NCBI GenBank assembly: GCA_003153505.1
Contig: PLZA01000025.1
Coordinates: 4,513 to 68,512 of the forward strand
Direction: 5' to 3'
Origin: Candidatus Dormiibacterota bacterium
GTDB lineage: Bacteria; Chloroflexota; Dormibacteria; Aeolococcales; Aeolococcaceae
DNA length: 64,000 nucleotides
Shown here: piece by piece, positions 16,930 to 26,617 of the stretch
Layout of the letters: the number at the start of each line of letters is the position of its first letter
Position numbering within the stretch: the stretch's first letter is position 1
Translations under genes and position numbers: made by a program
Notes under the pieces: model-generated
What the model saw: the letters and a program-made list of their open reading frames with translations, nothing else
What the model was told of the DNA's origin: nothing
The model's database searches: none

Positions 16930-17625
16930 TCAATCTTGAAAGGTGGACGCGTCCCCGGATTGAATCGCGGCCGCTGAGCCGGCCGCGCCGTGGCGAAGGC
17001 CGTCGAAGAGGAGTCCCACCAGGCGCTCGGAGGCCTCCGAGCGCTCCTGGTCGGTCGTCATGCAGATGCCGCCAACCGCCCGCAGGAGGTCGCCTCCATC
17101 CACGTCGGCGCGCACAGTCCCGGCCGCGACGCCGGCATCGAGGAGCTTGGAGGCGGCTTCGGTGGCGCGTCCTCGGGTTTGGTCGGAGAAGTTCGGATTG
17201 GTGCTGAGCAGCGGCTTGAGCACCGAGAGCATCCCCCGCTTGGTGGCCACATGGCGGACGAAGAGCTGCATCCACTCGGCGAGCGCCTGGTCGGGCGGCA
17301 TGGTCTCGAGGAGTTGGTCAGCGCGCTCACAGAGGACGTCGATCTCATGGCGATACACCGCTTCGACGAGCGCGTCGCGGGTGGGGAAGTGGCGGTAGAG
17401 AGTGCCGATCCCGACGCCGGCGCCGCGGGCGACGTCCTCGAGGGACACATCAGCGCCCCGGGCTGCGAAGGCGGCGGCGGCTGCGGTGATCAGCAGGTCG
17501 CGGTTGCGGAGGGCATCGGCGCGCGGGCGGCGATCTCCGGTAGCCGCGTCGGCGGCATCGACCGCCCCGCTCGGACCGACCGCGATGTCATGCGCCACTG
17601 GACCACCAATATCTTGAGTTTGCAA
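16930..17625 (-). CDS. TetR/AcrR-family transcriptional regulator
   Basis: HTH RNRDLLITAAAAAFAARGADVSLEDVARGAGVGIGTLYRHFPTRDALVEAVY. Divergent from the MFS efflux gene. The true start is probably internal (GTG), because the predicted -35 of the MFS promoter overlaps the first ORF codons. Confidence 0.8.
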   Translation of the reverse strand: MQTQDIGGPVAHDIAVGPSGAVDAADAATGDRRPRADALRNRDLLITAAAAAFAARGADVSLEDVARGAGVGIGTLYRHFPTRDALVEAVYRHEIDVLCERADQLLETMPPDQALAEWMQLFVRHVATKRGMLSVLKPLLSTNPNFSDQTRGRATEAASKLLDAGVAAGTVRADVDGGDLLRAVGGICMTTDQERSEASERLVGLLFDGLRHGAAGSAAAIQSGDASTFQD

Positions 17626-17648
17626 AACGGAGGGAGCCTCCGTATAAT
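17620..17648 (+). promoter_or_regulatory. near-consensus sigma-A promoter TTGCAA-17-TATAAT reading into the MFS gene; the 17-nt spacer holds a short stem-loop (CGGAGG-gag-CCTCCG), a candidate TetR operator
   Basis: TTGCAA at 17620-17625, a 17-nt spacer aacggagggagcctccg, and TATAAT at 17643-17648. GGAGG Shine-Dalgarno at 17687-17691, 7 nt before the MFS ATG at 17699. Confidence 0.5.
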
Positions 17649-17698
17649 ACCGGAGGTAGCGTCCGCTTTGACCATTCTACGCCACACGGAGGTCCTCC

Positions 17699-19204
17699 AT
17701 GTCATCCCCACTCACCCTCGTCGCCAAGCCCGTAAGGGCAACCCAGCGACCCACCCGCCGCGGCCTGGTGCTCGCCATCATCCTTGCCGTCCAGCTGATG
17801 GTGGTCCTCGACGCCACCATCGTGAACATCGCGCTCCCCCAAATCGCGGGCGCGCTCCACTTCTCCCCGGCCAACCTTTCGTGGGTGATCACCGCGTACA
17901 CGCTGGCCTTCGGGGGCTTCCTGCTCCTGGGAGCCAGAGCCGGTGACCTGCTCGGTCGCCGTCGCGTGTTCATCGCCGGCATCGCGGTCTTCACGGCTGC
18001 CTCCTTTCTCGGCGGGATCGCGCCGTGGAGCGGCTGGCTGCTCGCGGCGCGCGCGCTCCAAGGCATCGGTGGAGCGCTGGCGGCGCCTTCGGCCCTGGCC
18101 CTGCTCATGACCATGTTCCGCGACGGGCAGGAACGTGTCCGCGCAATCGGCTGGTACACCGCCGTCTCGATCGGTGGCGGCGCCATCGGCCTGATTCTCG
18201 GCGGCCTGCTCACCCAGGTGGCCTCCTGGCGCTGGGTGCTCTTCGTCAACGTGCCGATCGGCATCGTCGTCATCGCACTGGCCCGCCGCCTGCTCACCGA
18301 GACTCCCAGCCGCAACGGCCACTTCGACGTCCGCGGTGCGCTGACGTCGACGATCGGCGTCACCGCGCTGGCCTACGGCTTCGTGCGCGCTGCAACCTCC
18401 GGGTGGGGCGACACGCTGACTGTGGCCGCGTTCGCGGCGGGCGCCATCCTCCTGGTGACGTTCGTCCTGCTCGAGCGCCGGGCATCCGAGCCGATTACCC
18501 CCCTGCGGCTCTTCGCCGACAGGAGCCGCAGCGCCTCATACGTGGCGCGTCTGTTCCTCACAGCCGGCATGTTCGGGATGTTCTTCTTCCTCACGCAGTT
18601 CCTCCAGGAGGTGCTGCACTACAGCCCGCTGAAGACCGGGCTCGCGTTCCTGCCCTTCACCGTGGCGCTGTTCGCGATGTCGCAGCTGAGCGCGAGGGGA
18701 CTGGTGGAGCGGTTCGGCGCCAAGCCGCTGATGGTGTTCGGGTTCTCGGTGTCGACCATCGGCATGCTCCTGCTCACCCAGCTTTCGGCGTCGAGCAGCT
18801 ACGTCTCCCTGCTTGCACCTCTGGTGCTGTTCGGTGCCGGCAACGGACTCGCGTTCGTGCCCCTCACGTCCACGTCGCTGAGCGGCGTGCGCCAGGAGGA
18901 TGCGGGCGCCGCGTCAGGACTGGTCAACGTGATGCAGCAGCTCGGCGGGGCACTCGGGCTCGCGGTGCTCGTCTCGGTGTTCGGCACGGCAGCGCGTGGC
19001 GCGGCCGTGCAGTCAGTGAGCGCCGCGCAGCATTCGTTCGTCCTTGGCGCCGATCACGCCTTCATTGCGGGGACGGTGTTCGTGAGCGCGACGGTGGTCG
19101 TGCTGGTGGTGGCGATCCGCGGGCGGCGTGCAGCCGCCCGCGCCGCCGCCGTGCCCGTCTGGGTTCGCGACCTCGAGAGGACTCCTACAGCGGTTGAGGG
19201 GTGA
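17699..19204 (+). CDS. MFS transporter, DHA2 (14-TMS drug:H+ antiporter, EmrB/QacA-like)
   Basis: 501 aa with about 14 hydrophobic segments. Motif A-like GxLxDxxGRRR (GDLLGRRRVF) after TM2. TetR divergent partner. Confidence 0.85.
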   Translation: MSSPLTLVAKPVRATQRPTRRGLVLAIILAVQLMVVLDATIVNIALPQIAGALHFSPANLSWVITAYTLAFGGFLLLGARAGDLLGRRRVFIAGIAVFTAASFLGGIAPWSGWLLAARALQGIGGALAAPSALALLMTMFRDGQERVRAIGWYTAVSIGGGAIGLILGGLLTQVASWRWVLFVNVPIGIVVIALARRLLTETPSRNGHFDVRGALTSTIGVTALAYGFVRAATSGWGDTLTVAAFAAGAILLVTFVLLERRASEPITPLRLFADRSRSASYVARLFLTAGMFGMFFFLTQFLQEVLHYSPLKTGLAFLPFTVALFAMSQLSARGLVERFGAKPLMVFGFSVSTIGMLLLTQLSASSSYVSLLAPLVLFGAGNGLAFVPLTSTSLSGVRQEDAGAASGLVNVMQQLGGALGLAVLVSVFGTAARGAAVQSVSAAQHSFVLGADHAFIAGTVFVSATVVVLVVAIRGRRAAARAAAVPVWVRDLERTPTAVEG

Positions 19205-19739
19205 TCCGGTCGAGGAAGATCGTCGAGCGATAGTAGGCAAGCTCGGCGATCGACTCGCGGATGTCGCCGAGCGCTCGATGCGCCTCCTGCTTGGGAGCGG
19301 CGGCGGCGAGGACGTCCGGATACCACCGCCGGCAGAGTTCCTTGACGCTCGACACGTCGATGGAGCGGTAGTGCAGGAAGTTCTCGACCTCAGGCATGTG
19401 CGCTGCCAGAAAGCGCCGGTCCGTCCCGATGGAGTTGCCGCACAGCGGGACTGAACGCGGCTCACCAATATGGCCCCGGAGGAATCGCAGGGTCTGCTCG
19501 CCTGCTTCGGCGAGCGATATCGGCGATGACTCGATCGCCGCCAGGAGCCCCGACCGCGTGTGCATCGTCCGAACCACGTCGTCCATGCCGTCCAGCTCGG
19601 CCGGCGTGGCGTGCACGACGATGTCCGGGCCCTCCGCAACGGTGCGAAGCTCGTCGTCGGTGATCACGGTGGCAATCTCGACGATCACGTGCCGAGATGG
19701 GTCGAGACCGGTCATCTCCAGATCCATCCAGGCGAGCAC
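19185..19739 (-). CDS. orn: oligoribonuclease (3'-5' exoribonuclease, DEDDh)
   Basis: LAWMDLEMTGLDP...IVEIATVITDDEL...LCGNSIGTDRRFL...HYRSIDVSSVKELCRRWYP is the canonical Orn sequence. 20-nt convergent overlap with the MFS 3' end. Confidence 0.9.
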   Translation of the reverse strand: MLAWMDLEMTGLDPSRHVIVEIATVITDDELRTVAEGPDIVVHATPAELDGMDDVVRTMHTRSGLLAAIESSPISLAEAGEQTLRFLRGHIGEPRSVPLCGNSIGTDRRFLAAHMPEVENFLHYRSIDVSSVKELCRRWYPDVLAAAAPKQEAHRALGDIRESIAELAYYRSTIFLDRITPQPL

Positions 19740-19762
19740 CGTCCGATCCTAGCGCGGGTCCC

Positions 19763-21361
19763 TCAGGCACCGGCGCCGGGTGAGCCGAGCATCTCGTACC
19801 CGCGAAGCGTCAGGAACTCGGCGAGCCGGTCGCTGTAGACGAGCTCGTTGAACAGCGTTCGGGCCTGATCGAGGCAACCCTCCGCGGCAGATGCGGCGGC
19901 GATCTCAGTTCGGAATGCCGCGGCTTCCTCGTCCTCGATTCGCGCCATCAGCGCACGCGTCACCGTGCGCCCATCCGGCACCGCCGCACCTCGTTGCAAC
20001 CACTGCCAGAGCTGTGATCGGCAGATCTCCGCGGTTGCGACGTCCTCCATGAGGTTGAACACACCGGCCGCACCGTTGCCGCCGAACCAGGACGTGAGAT
20101 AGCGCAGGGTGACGCTGACGTTGTTGCGCACACCCGTCTCGGTCACCTCGTGCCCGGCCGAGTCGAGGTCGAGCAGGTCGCGCGAGGTCACTGCAACGTC
20201 CAGTCGAAGGCGGTCCAGTTGGTTGGCCTTGTCCCCGAGGACGGCGTCGAACTCTTCGCGCGCGGTCCCGACGAGGTCGGGGTGCGCCACCCACGTGCCG
20301 TCGAACCCGTCCCCCGCCTCACGGCGTTTGTCGGACCGCACCCCCGCGAGCGCGGCGGTCGTCGCGTCGGCATCGCGGCGGTTGGGTATCAGCGCTGCCA
20401 TGCCGCCGATGGCGTGCGCCCCGCGGCGATGGCAGGTGCGGACCAGCAGTTCGGTATATGCGCGCATGAAGGGCACGGTCATCGTGAGTCGCTTCCTGTC
20501 GGGGAGCACGCGGCGGTCCTGGTTCGCGAAGGTCTTCACCGCGCTGAACAGGTAGTCCCACCTGCCCGCATTGAGGCCGGCTGAGTGATCGCGCAGCTCG
20601 TAGAGAATCTCATCCATCTCGAGTACCGCCGGCATGGTCTCGATGAGCACGGTGGCGCGGATCGAACCCCTACCGAGACCGAGTTGGTCTTCGGTGAACA
20701 CGAAGACGTCGTTCCAGAGTCGCGCCTCCAAGTGGCTCTGCAGCTTGGGCAGATAGAGGTACGGATTGGTGCCCTGATCCCGCAGGTGCCTGGCGTTGTG
20801 GAATGCGAAGAGGCCGAAGTCGAACATGCTGGCTGAGGCAGGTGCGCCATCGATGAGGAAATGCCGCTCCGTGAGATGCCACCCGCGGGGACGCACCAGC
20901 AAGGTGGCGACCTCCTCTCGCAACCGGTACTCGCGACCGTCGGGGTTGACATAAGAGATGGTTCGGTTCACCGCATCGCGGAGATTGGCCTGCCCCTCGA
21001 CCATGTTCTCCCACGTCGGCGCGTTCGAATCCTCGAAGTCGGCCATGTACCCGGTGGCACCAGAATTGAGCGCGTTGATCAGCATCTTGCGATCTGTTGG
21101 CCCGGTGATCTCGACACGCCGGTCGGTGAGGTCGAGTGGCGCCGCCGCCACGGTCCACGAGCCAGCGCGCACGCCGGCAGTGTCGGAAAGGAAATCGAGC
21201 GAGTCCCCTGCGTCGATCCCCTGCTGCACCACGGCGCGGCGGGCAAGCAGCTGTTCCCGGACCGGGTTGAACCGGGTATGGAGCGAGGCGACGAATTGCT
21301 GCGCCGGAATGGTGAGCACCGATGCACTCGAACGCGTCGCGGATCCCTTGATCGTGATCAC
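19763..21361 (-). CDS. aceB: malate synthase A
   Basis: 532 aa. RVEITGPTDRKMLINALNSGATGYMADFEDSNAPTWENMVEGQANL... matches AceB throughout. Confidence 0.9.
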   Translation of the reverse strand: MITIKGSATRSSASVLTIPAQQFVASLHTRFNPVREQLLARRAVVQQGIDAGDSLDFLSDTAGVRAGSWTVAAAPLDLTDRRVEITGPTDRKMLINALNSGATGYMADFEDSNAPTWENMVEGQANLRDAVNRTISYVNPDGREYRLREEVATLLVRPRGWHLTERHFLIDGAPASASMFDFGLFAFHNARHLRDQGTNPYLYLPKLQSHLEARLWNDVFVFTEDQLGLGRGSIRATVLIETMPAVLEMDEILYELRDHSAGLNAGRWDYLFSAVKTFANQDRRVLPDRKRLTMTVPFMRAYTELLVRTCHRRGAHAIGGMAALIPNRRDADATTAALAGVRSDKRREAGDGFDGTWVAHPDLVGTAREEFDAVLGDKANQLDRLRLDVAVTSRDLLDLDSAGHEVTETGVRNNVSVTLRYLTSWFGGNGAAGVFNLMEDVATAEICRSQLWQWLQRGAAVPDGRTVTRALMARIEDEEAAAFRTEIAAASAAEGCLDQARTLFNELVYSDRLAEFLTLRGYEMLGSPGAGA

Positions 21362-21457
21362 CGCATACCTCTCAGCCCAAGCCTGGCGATATAGTAGACT
21401 TGTTACGCCCTACGAACGTAGTGACTGCCGACGGCCGCTCGCCGGCGCGCTGACAAG

Positions 21458-22327
21458 GTGGATGCGATGACGGACCATGGGGAGGCAATCGCTGAACGCC
21501 TCGCACAACTTGGGTTCACGCAATACGAGGCGCGCACGTACCTCGGACTGTTGCAGACGGACACCGCCACGGGCTACTCGATAGCCAACGAGACCGGTGT
21601 CCCCCAGCCCAAGGTCTATGAGACGCTGCGGCGCCTCGTGGAGCGCGGTGCGGCGGCGCGCACTGGCGAGAAGCCCGCCCGCTACCGGGCCGTCCCTCCG
21701 GATGCGCTCCTCAAGGGCATCGAAAAGGACTTCGCCGCGCGGGTTGCGGCGGCTCGCCACGACCTCGAGTCACTCCCGCGCCGCGAGACCCCTGCGCAGC
21801 TCCTGCCGGTCTCTCGGGTGGAGTCATTCGCTCCGGCGCTGGAGGCAGCCTCAGCGGCGATCGCTGCGGCGCGAACTCGCGTCTATCTCAGCGGGAACCA
21901 CGACGAGCTGTCCGGGTTGCGGGCTGCGGTCGGCCAGGCCGCGACGGCCGGCGTCGAGTTCGTGGTGGTGCACTTCGGCAAGCTCCCCTTCCCATCTCCG
22001 CCCGGCCAGGTCATTCGTCACGCGAGCACCGACGGAGCGATCTACCGATCGCGGCACGCGCGCCATCTGGCCGTTGCGGTCGACTCCCGGTGGGCGTTGT
22101 GGGGCGTCGCTCGCGACGGCACGCAGTGGGACATCCTCACCAGCGAGTCAGCGCTCCTCGCGGGTCTCGTCAAGGCATATATCCGCCACGACATGTTCGT
22201 CCAGCGAATCTTCGCGGACCTGCCGGCGGAGCTCGAGCGGCGGTACGGCTCTGGACTCCTCGAGCTCGATCACCTGTCCTGGTCGGGCGAGCGCAGCGGT
22301 GCCGATCATGCTGAGGAGGCCGGCTGA
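21458..22327 (+). CDS. TrmB-family transcriptional regulator
   Basis: N-terminal HTH LAQLGFTQYEARTYLGLLQTDTATGYSIANETGVPQPKVYETLRRLVERG is typical of TrmB. The C-terminal domain is TrmB-like. Confidence 0.7.
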   Translation: MDAMTDHGEAIAERLAQLGFTQYEARTYLGLLQTDTATGYSIANETGVPQPKVYETLRRLVERGAAARTGEKPARYRAVPPDALLKGIEKDFAARVAAARHDLESLPRRETPAQLLPVSRVESFAPALEAASAAIAAARTRVYLSGNHDELSGLRAAVGQAATAGVEFVVVHFGKLPFPSPPGQVIRHASTDGAIYRSRHARHLAVAVDSRWALWGVARDGTQWDILTSESALLAGLVKAYIRHDMFVQRIFADLPAELERRYGSGLLELDHLSWSGERSGADHAEEAG

Positions 22328-22384
22328 GGTGCCGGCTATGATCGGTGCGCTCCCGCCGTGGTCGCCGGCAACCACGGCCGAGTG

Positions 22385-23257
22385 ATGCGCACGATCGATC
22401 TGCATTGCTATCCGGGCACGCCCGAATGGATTGCCTCGCAAGGGCCATTCGTCGAGGCGCTTGCGGCCTACTGGAAGCGAGACTGGGTGGGCAAGGCCGA
22501 GGCGGAGGTGACCGCCGACTTCCGGCAAGCGGGCGTGAAAGCCGTGCTCGTGGCATTCGATATCGAGTCGGTGACCGGGTCGCCTCCATGCACCAACGAG
22601 TACGTCGCCGGCATGCGCGATCGCAACCGCGACACAATCCTGCAGGCGTGGGGAGCGGTTGACCCACTGAAGGGGAGCGCGGCGATCGCCGAGGCCGAGC
22701 GTGCGGTCAACGAGTTCCACGTGCTCGGCTTCCACTTCCACCCGATCATGGGTCACTACTCGGTCGACGACCCGGCGCTGCGTCCGCTGTTTGATGTCAT
22801 CGCCGGTCTCGGCGTGCCCGTGATGATCGATGTCGGCACCACCGGAATGGGCGCGGGACTCCCGGGCGGCCTCGGATCGAAGCTGCGTCACGCGCACCCC
22901 ATGTCGATCGACGATCTCGCCGGCAATTTTCCGAATCTGACCATCGTCGCCGCACATCCCGGGTGGCCGTGGGTTGAGGAGATGACCGCTGTGGCGCTGC
23001 ACAAGGGCAACGTCTTCTGGGAGGTCTCGGGATGGGCGCCGAAGTACCTGCCCGACGGCCTCAAGCGGGACATCCGCGGCCGGTTGCGGGACAAGGTGAT
23101 GTTCGGGAGCGACTACCCGAGCATGCCCTACGAGCGCATCTTCCGCGAGTGGGACGAGCTCGGCTACTCCGATGATGTGATGTCCGGGCTCTTTCACGCC
23201 AACGCCGAACGCATCCTCGGGCTCGACCTGGCGACAGCCGCGGAAAACGCCGGGTGA
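22385..23257 (+). CDS. amidohydrolase-2 (ACMSD/decarboxylase-like TIM-barrel metal hydrolase) family protein
   Basis: MRTIDLHCYPGTPEW..., ...HFHPIMG..., ...AAHPGWPW..., ...FGSDYPS... match PF04909 landmarks (HxH, His, Asp). Confidence 0.7.
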   Translation: MRTIDLHCYPGTPEWIASQGPFVEALAAYWKRDWVGKAEAEVTADFRQAGVKAVLVAFDIESVTGSPPCTNEYVAGMRDRNRDTILQAWGAVDPLKGSAAIAEAERAVNEFHVLGFHFHPIMGHYSVDDPALRPLFDVIAGLGVPVMIDVGTTGMGAGLPGGLGSKLRHAHPMSIDDLAGNFPNLTIVAAHPGWPWVEEMTAVALHKGNVFWEVSGWAPKYLPDGLKRDIRGRLRDKVMFGSDYPSMPYERIFREWDELGYSDDVMSGLFHANAERILGLDLATAAENAG

Positions 23258-24024
23258 GCGTCGACGCAGCACGCCCGGTCGCACTGGTCACCGGCGCTGC
23301 ACGAGGAATTGGCCGCAGCACAGCCATCGCCTGCGCTCGCAATGGCTTCGACGTCGCGCTCAACTTCAGCCGCAGCCGCGCCGCAACCGAGGCGGTGGCT
23401 GCAGACGTCGCCGCGCTCGGCGCCCGAACGCTGCTCTTTCAGGCTGATGTCGCGGACGAGGCGCTCGTGCGGGAGATGCTGCAGGCGGTCGGCAGCGAAT
23501 TCGGCCGCCTCGATGCGCTCGTCAACAACGCCGGCACGACGGTGTCCACCCCGCCGAGCGACCTCGACGGTCTGCGCATGGAGGACTGGGATCGCGTCTT
23601 CGCCGTCAACGTCCGAGGCACGTTCCAGGTGACGAGAGCCGCGGTCCCCTTGTTGCGCGAGTCGCCTCGCGGAGCCGTCGTCAACCTTGCAAGCATCGTG
23701 GGATTGCGGCCCGGACCGCAGCCGTTCCCGTACGCGGCGAGCAAAGCCGCCATCGTCAACCTCACGCGCACGCTGGCTGGTGCGCTCGGTCCCGCCATCC
23801 GAGTCAACGCCGTCGCGCCGGGATGGATGGTCGGCGACTGGATGGAGGAGGCTTTGGGGGACAACTACGATCGCCTGATGGACCGGCGCGCCAAGCTGAC
23901 GCCGCTACGACGCTGCGTCACCCCCGACGAGGTTGCGGAGACGATTCTCAGCCTCCTCGTCAGCAATCCGTTCGTCACCGGTGAGACCGTCGTCATCGAC
24001 GGCGGTTTCAGCGCGACGACCTAG
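23254..24024 (+). CDS. SDR-family oxidoreductase
   Basis: TGAARGIGRSTA (Rossmann motif), NNAG, catalytic YAASKAA. Confidence 0.85.
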   Translation: MSVDAARPVALVTGAARGIGRSTAIACARNGFDVALNFSRSRAATEAVAADVAALGARTLLFQADVADEALVREMLQAVGSEFGRLDALVNNAGTTVSTPPSDLDGLRMEDWDRVFAVNVRGTFQVTRAAVPLLRESPRGAVVNLASIVGLRPGPQPFPYAASKAAIVNLTRTLAGALGPAIRVNAVAPGWMVGDWMEEALGDNYDRLMDRRAKLTPLRRCVTPDEVAETILSLLVSNPFVTGETVVIDGGFSATT

Positions 24025-24032
24025 GCATATCG

Positions 24033-25616
24033 GTGCCTCCATTGGACGGCGTCGTCCCGTTTCCACCCGAGTTCGCCGCGCGCTACCGAGCCGCCGGCTA
24101 CTGGGAGGACCGCACGCTTGACGACGTCTTCAGCGAACTCTTCGCGGAACACGCGGAACGCGTCGCGCTCCTCCATGCTGGTGACACGATCACGTACCGG
24201 CAGCTCGCCGAGCGCAGGGCAACACTGGCCGCGCGGCTGCACGATATGGGACTGCGCCGCAACGACCGCGTGGTCATGCACCTCCCGAACGCGCCGGAAT
24301 TCCTCTATCTCTACTTCGCGCTCCAGATGCTCGGCGTGATCCCAGTTCTGGCGCTCGCGCCCCACCGGCGGCTCGAGATCGATCATTTCGTCAAGCTGAC
24401 CGATGCCGTTGCGTACTTCGGGACCGACCCTGAGCTGGGCGAGGTCATCCGCGCTGCAAACCCTGGCCTGCGCCACGTGATCCTGATCGACCAGCTGGCG
24501 CCCGGACCCGGAGGCGCCCAGCCGCCGCACGTCGAGATCGATCCGACCGACCCCTGCTGTCTCCTGCTCTCCGGCGGCACCACAGGCATCCCCAAGCTGA
24601 TCCCGCGCACGCACAACGACTATGTGTACAACTCGCGCGCAGCTGCAGCGGTGTATTACATCGATCGCGAGAGCTGCCAGCTGGCAGTGGCGCCGCTCGC
24701 CCACAACATGCCGCTCGCCTGTCCCGGCGTCCAGGGCTTCCTGATGCACGGGGCCCGGGTGGTGCTCAGCGAGGGGACGCGTGCCACCGAGATCCTGCCG
24801 CTTGTCGAGCGCCACCGGATCACGCACATCGCCGCCGTGCCCGCGCTGTACATCCGCTGGCTCGCGGATCCAGACGCCGGCGACCACGACATGTCCTCGG
24901 TACAGCTCCTCCAGTCAGGCGGCCAGCGTCTGCAGCCCGAGTTGCGCAGGCAGATGGCAGCGTTCTTTCCCAACGCCTTCGTCCAGGAGAACTTCGGCAT
25001 GAGTGAGGGCACGCTGTTCTTCGTGCGCAAGGACCAGCCGGAGGAGGCCCGCATGGAGACGGTCGGCTTACCCGTTTCAGCCGACGACGAGGTGCGGCTC
25101 TGCGATGAGTCGGGCGCCGAGGTTCCGGATGGCGAGGTCGGCGAGTTAACGGTGCGTGGGCCGTACACGCTCCGCGGCTACTACCGCGCACCCGAGTACA
25201 ACGAGCGCCAGTTCACACCCGACGGCTTCTATCGCTCCGGCGACCTGATGCGCCGGCATCCCTCGGGCGCCTACCTGGTCGAAGGACGCATCAAGGATCT
25301 CATCAACCGAGGTGGCGAGAAGATCAGCGCCGAGGAGATCGAGAATCTCATCCTCATGCATCCGTCGGTGCGCAACATCGCGTGCGTTCCCTTCCCGGAT
25401 CCGGTCCTCGGCGAGCGGATGTGCGCGTGCGTCATCCTGCGGCCCGGCGCACAGCTCACCCTGGATGCACTCGGGCAGTTCCTCTTCGACCTCGGCATCG
25501 CAAAGTTCAAGCTCCCTGAGCGACTCGAGATCCTCGACGACTTTCCGCTCTCGCCGTTCGGCAAGACCTCCAAGAAGGCGCTTACCGAAAACCTGCGCGA
25601 TCGGAGCGCGGTATGA
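24033..25616 (+). CDS. aryl-acid adenylating enzyme of the 2,3-dihydroxybenzoate-AMP ligase (DhbE/EntE/MbtA) clade; candidate aryl-AMP/aryl-CoA ligase
   Basis: Co-linear with Bacillus DhbE, which I have from memory: N-terminus FPPEFAARYRAAGYWED vs WPDELAETYRKNGCW; A3 LLSGGTTGIPKLIPRTHNDYVY vs [27 protein letters not shown], GEL(T)VRGPYTLRGYY, YRSGDL, and IKDLINRGGEKISAEEIEN vs KDQINRGGEKVAAEEVEN. Confidence 0.8.
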   Translation: MPPLDGVVPFPPEFAARYRAAGYWEDRTLDDVFSELFAEHAERVALLHAGDTITYRQLAERRATLAARLHDMGLRRNDRVVMHLPNAPEFLYLYFALQMLGVIPVLALAPHRRLEIDHFVKLTDAVAYFGTDPELGEVIRAANPGLRHVILIDQLAPGPGGAQPPHVEIDPTDPCCLLLSGGTTGIPKLIPRTHNDYVYNSRAAAAVYYIDRESCQLAVAPLAHNMPLACPGVQGFLMHGARVVLSEGTRATEILPLVERHRITHIAAVPALYIRWLADPDAGDHDMSSVQLLQSGGQRLQPELRRQMAAFFPNAFVQENFGMSEGTLFFVRKDQPEEARMETVGLPVSADDEVRLCDESGAEVPDGEVGELTVRGPYTLRGYYRAPEYNERQFTPDGFYRSGDLMRRHPSGAYLVEGRIKDLINRGGEKISAEEIENLILMHPSVRNIACVPFPDPVLGERMCACVILRPGAQLTLDALGQFLFDLGIAKFKLPERLEILDDFPLSPFGKTSKKALTENLRDRSAV

Positions 25617-26596
25617 CGGTCATCGACTCGTATGCGCACGTGTTCCCGATGCGCCTCATCGAAGCACTCGAGGACGTCAGCCCGACAGCGGAGCTGCGCG
25701 CGCTCCGCAACCAGAGCTCGTATCTGTATGACGACACGCGCCGGATCGCGTACATGGACGAGCACGGGTTCGACGTCCAGGTTCTGGTGCTCGCGCGACC
25801 GCCGGTATGGCTCGGCATGGAGCGTGCTGACATCCACCGGCTCACCCGCGTCGCGAACGACAGCATCGCCGAATTCGCGGGCCGTCACCCGCAGCGCTTC
25901 CTCGGAGTCGGCGTGATTCCGGTCGTCGACGACGTCATGATGGAGGAGTTCGAGCGACTCCATACCGAGCTCGGGCTCCGTGGTGTTCTGATCTTCTCGA
26001 ACATCGAGGGCAGGCCGCTCGACGACCCATCGATGTGGCCGCTGTACGAGCGCGCCGCGGCGACCGGCGTGCCGATCTGGATACATCCTCAGCATGCGAA
26101 CTTCTATCCGTGGATCGGCAAGGACGTGCTTGATCGTACCCTCGCCTGGCCATTCGATACATCACTGGCGATGGCGCGGCTGGTCTACGGCGGCGTCTTC
26201 GAGAAGTACCCCGACATCAAGTTCGTGACCCACCACATGGGCGGCATGATCCCGTACTTCGCGTCGCGCATCGACGCGTTCTCGCGGAGCACCGCAAAGG
26301 TCTACGCGCGCCTCGGGATTGGTGAGAGCAGCGGCCCGCAGCTCACCGGGCCGGCGATCGACCACTTCCGCCGCTTCTACAACGACTCCGTCAGCAACGG
26401 TTCCGCCGAGTCGCTGAGCCTCGCACTGCGTTTCTTCGGTTCCGACCACATCATGTTCGGGACGGACTTTCCCTTCGGGCCGGAGGATGGGTCGTGGGCG
26501 GTCGAGGAGCTGCGCAACGTGCGCTCGATCGACGTATCCGATGACGACCGCGAGCGGATCCTGCACGGCAACCTGGAGCACCTGCTCGGTCTCTAG
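25613..26596 (+). CDS. amidohydrolase-2 family protein (ACMSD-type decarboxylase/hydratase-like)
   Basis: MTVIDSYAHVFP..., ...IWIHP..., ...VTHHMGG..., ...MFGTDFPFG are PF04909 metal-ligand landmarks. It overlaps the ligase stop (ATGA). Confidence 0.75.
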   Translation: MTVIDSYAHVFPMRLIEALEDVSPTAELRALRNQSSYLYDDTRRIAYMDEHGFDVQVLVLARPPVWLGMERADIHRLTRVANDSIAEFAGRHPQRFLGVGVIPVVDDVMMEEFERLHTELGLRGVLIFSNIEGRPLDDPSMWPLYERAAATGVPIWIHPQHANFYPWIGKDVLDRTLAWPFDTSLAMARLVYGGVFEKYPDIKFVTHHMGGMIPYFASRIDAFSRSTAKVYARLGIGESSGPQLTGPAIDHFRRFYNDSVSNGSAESLSLALRFFGSDHIMFGTDFPFGPEDGSWAVEELRNVRSIDVSDDDRERILHGNLEHLLGL

Positions 26597-26617
26597 CCGC
26601 GACCGGCTGATCAGCGT

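Noticed and set aside
19763-21361. Malate synthase without an adjacent isocitrate lyase, as a possible incomplete glyoxylate shunt
   Set aside because: aceA is frequently encoded elsewhere in actinobacterial genomes. Nothing in the sequence indicates an anomaly.
24033-25616. DhbE-like ligase as evidence for a catecholate siderophore (NRPS) cluster
   Set aside because: No aryl-carrier protein, isochorismate synthase or isochorismatase, condensation domain or MbtH is present in the surrounding 30 kb. The flanking genes are catabolic or transport-type.
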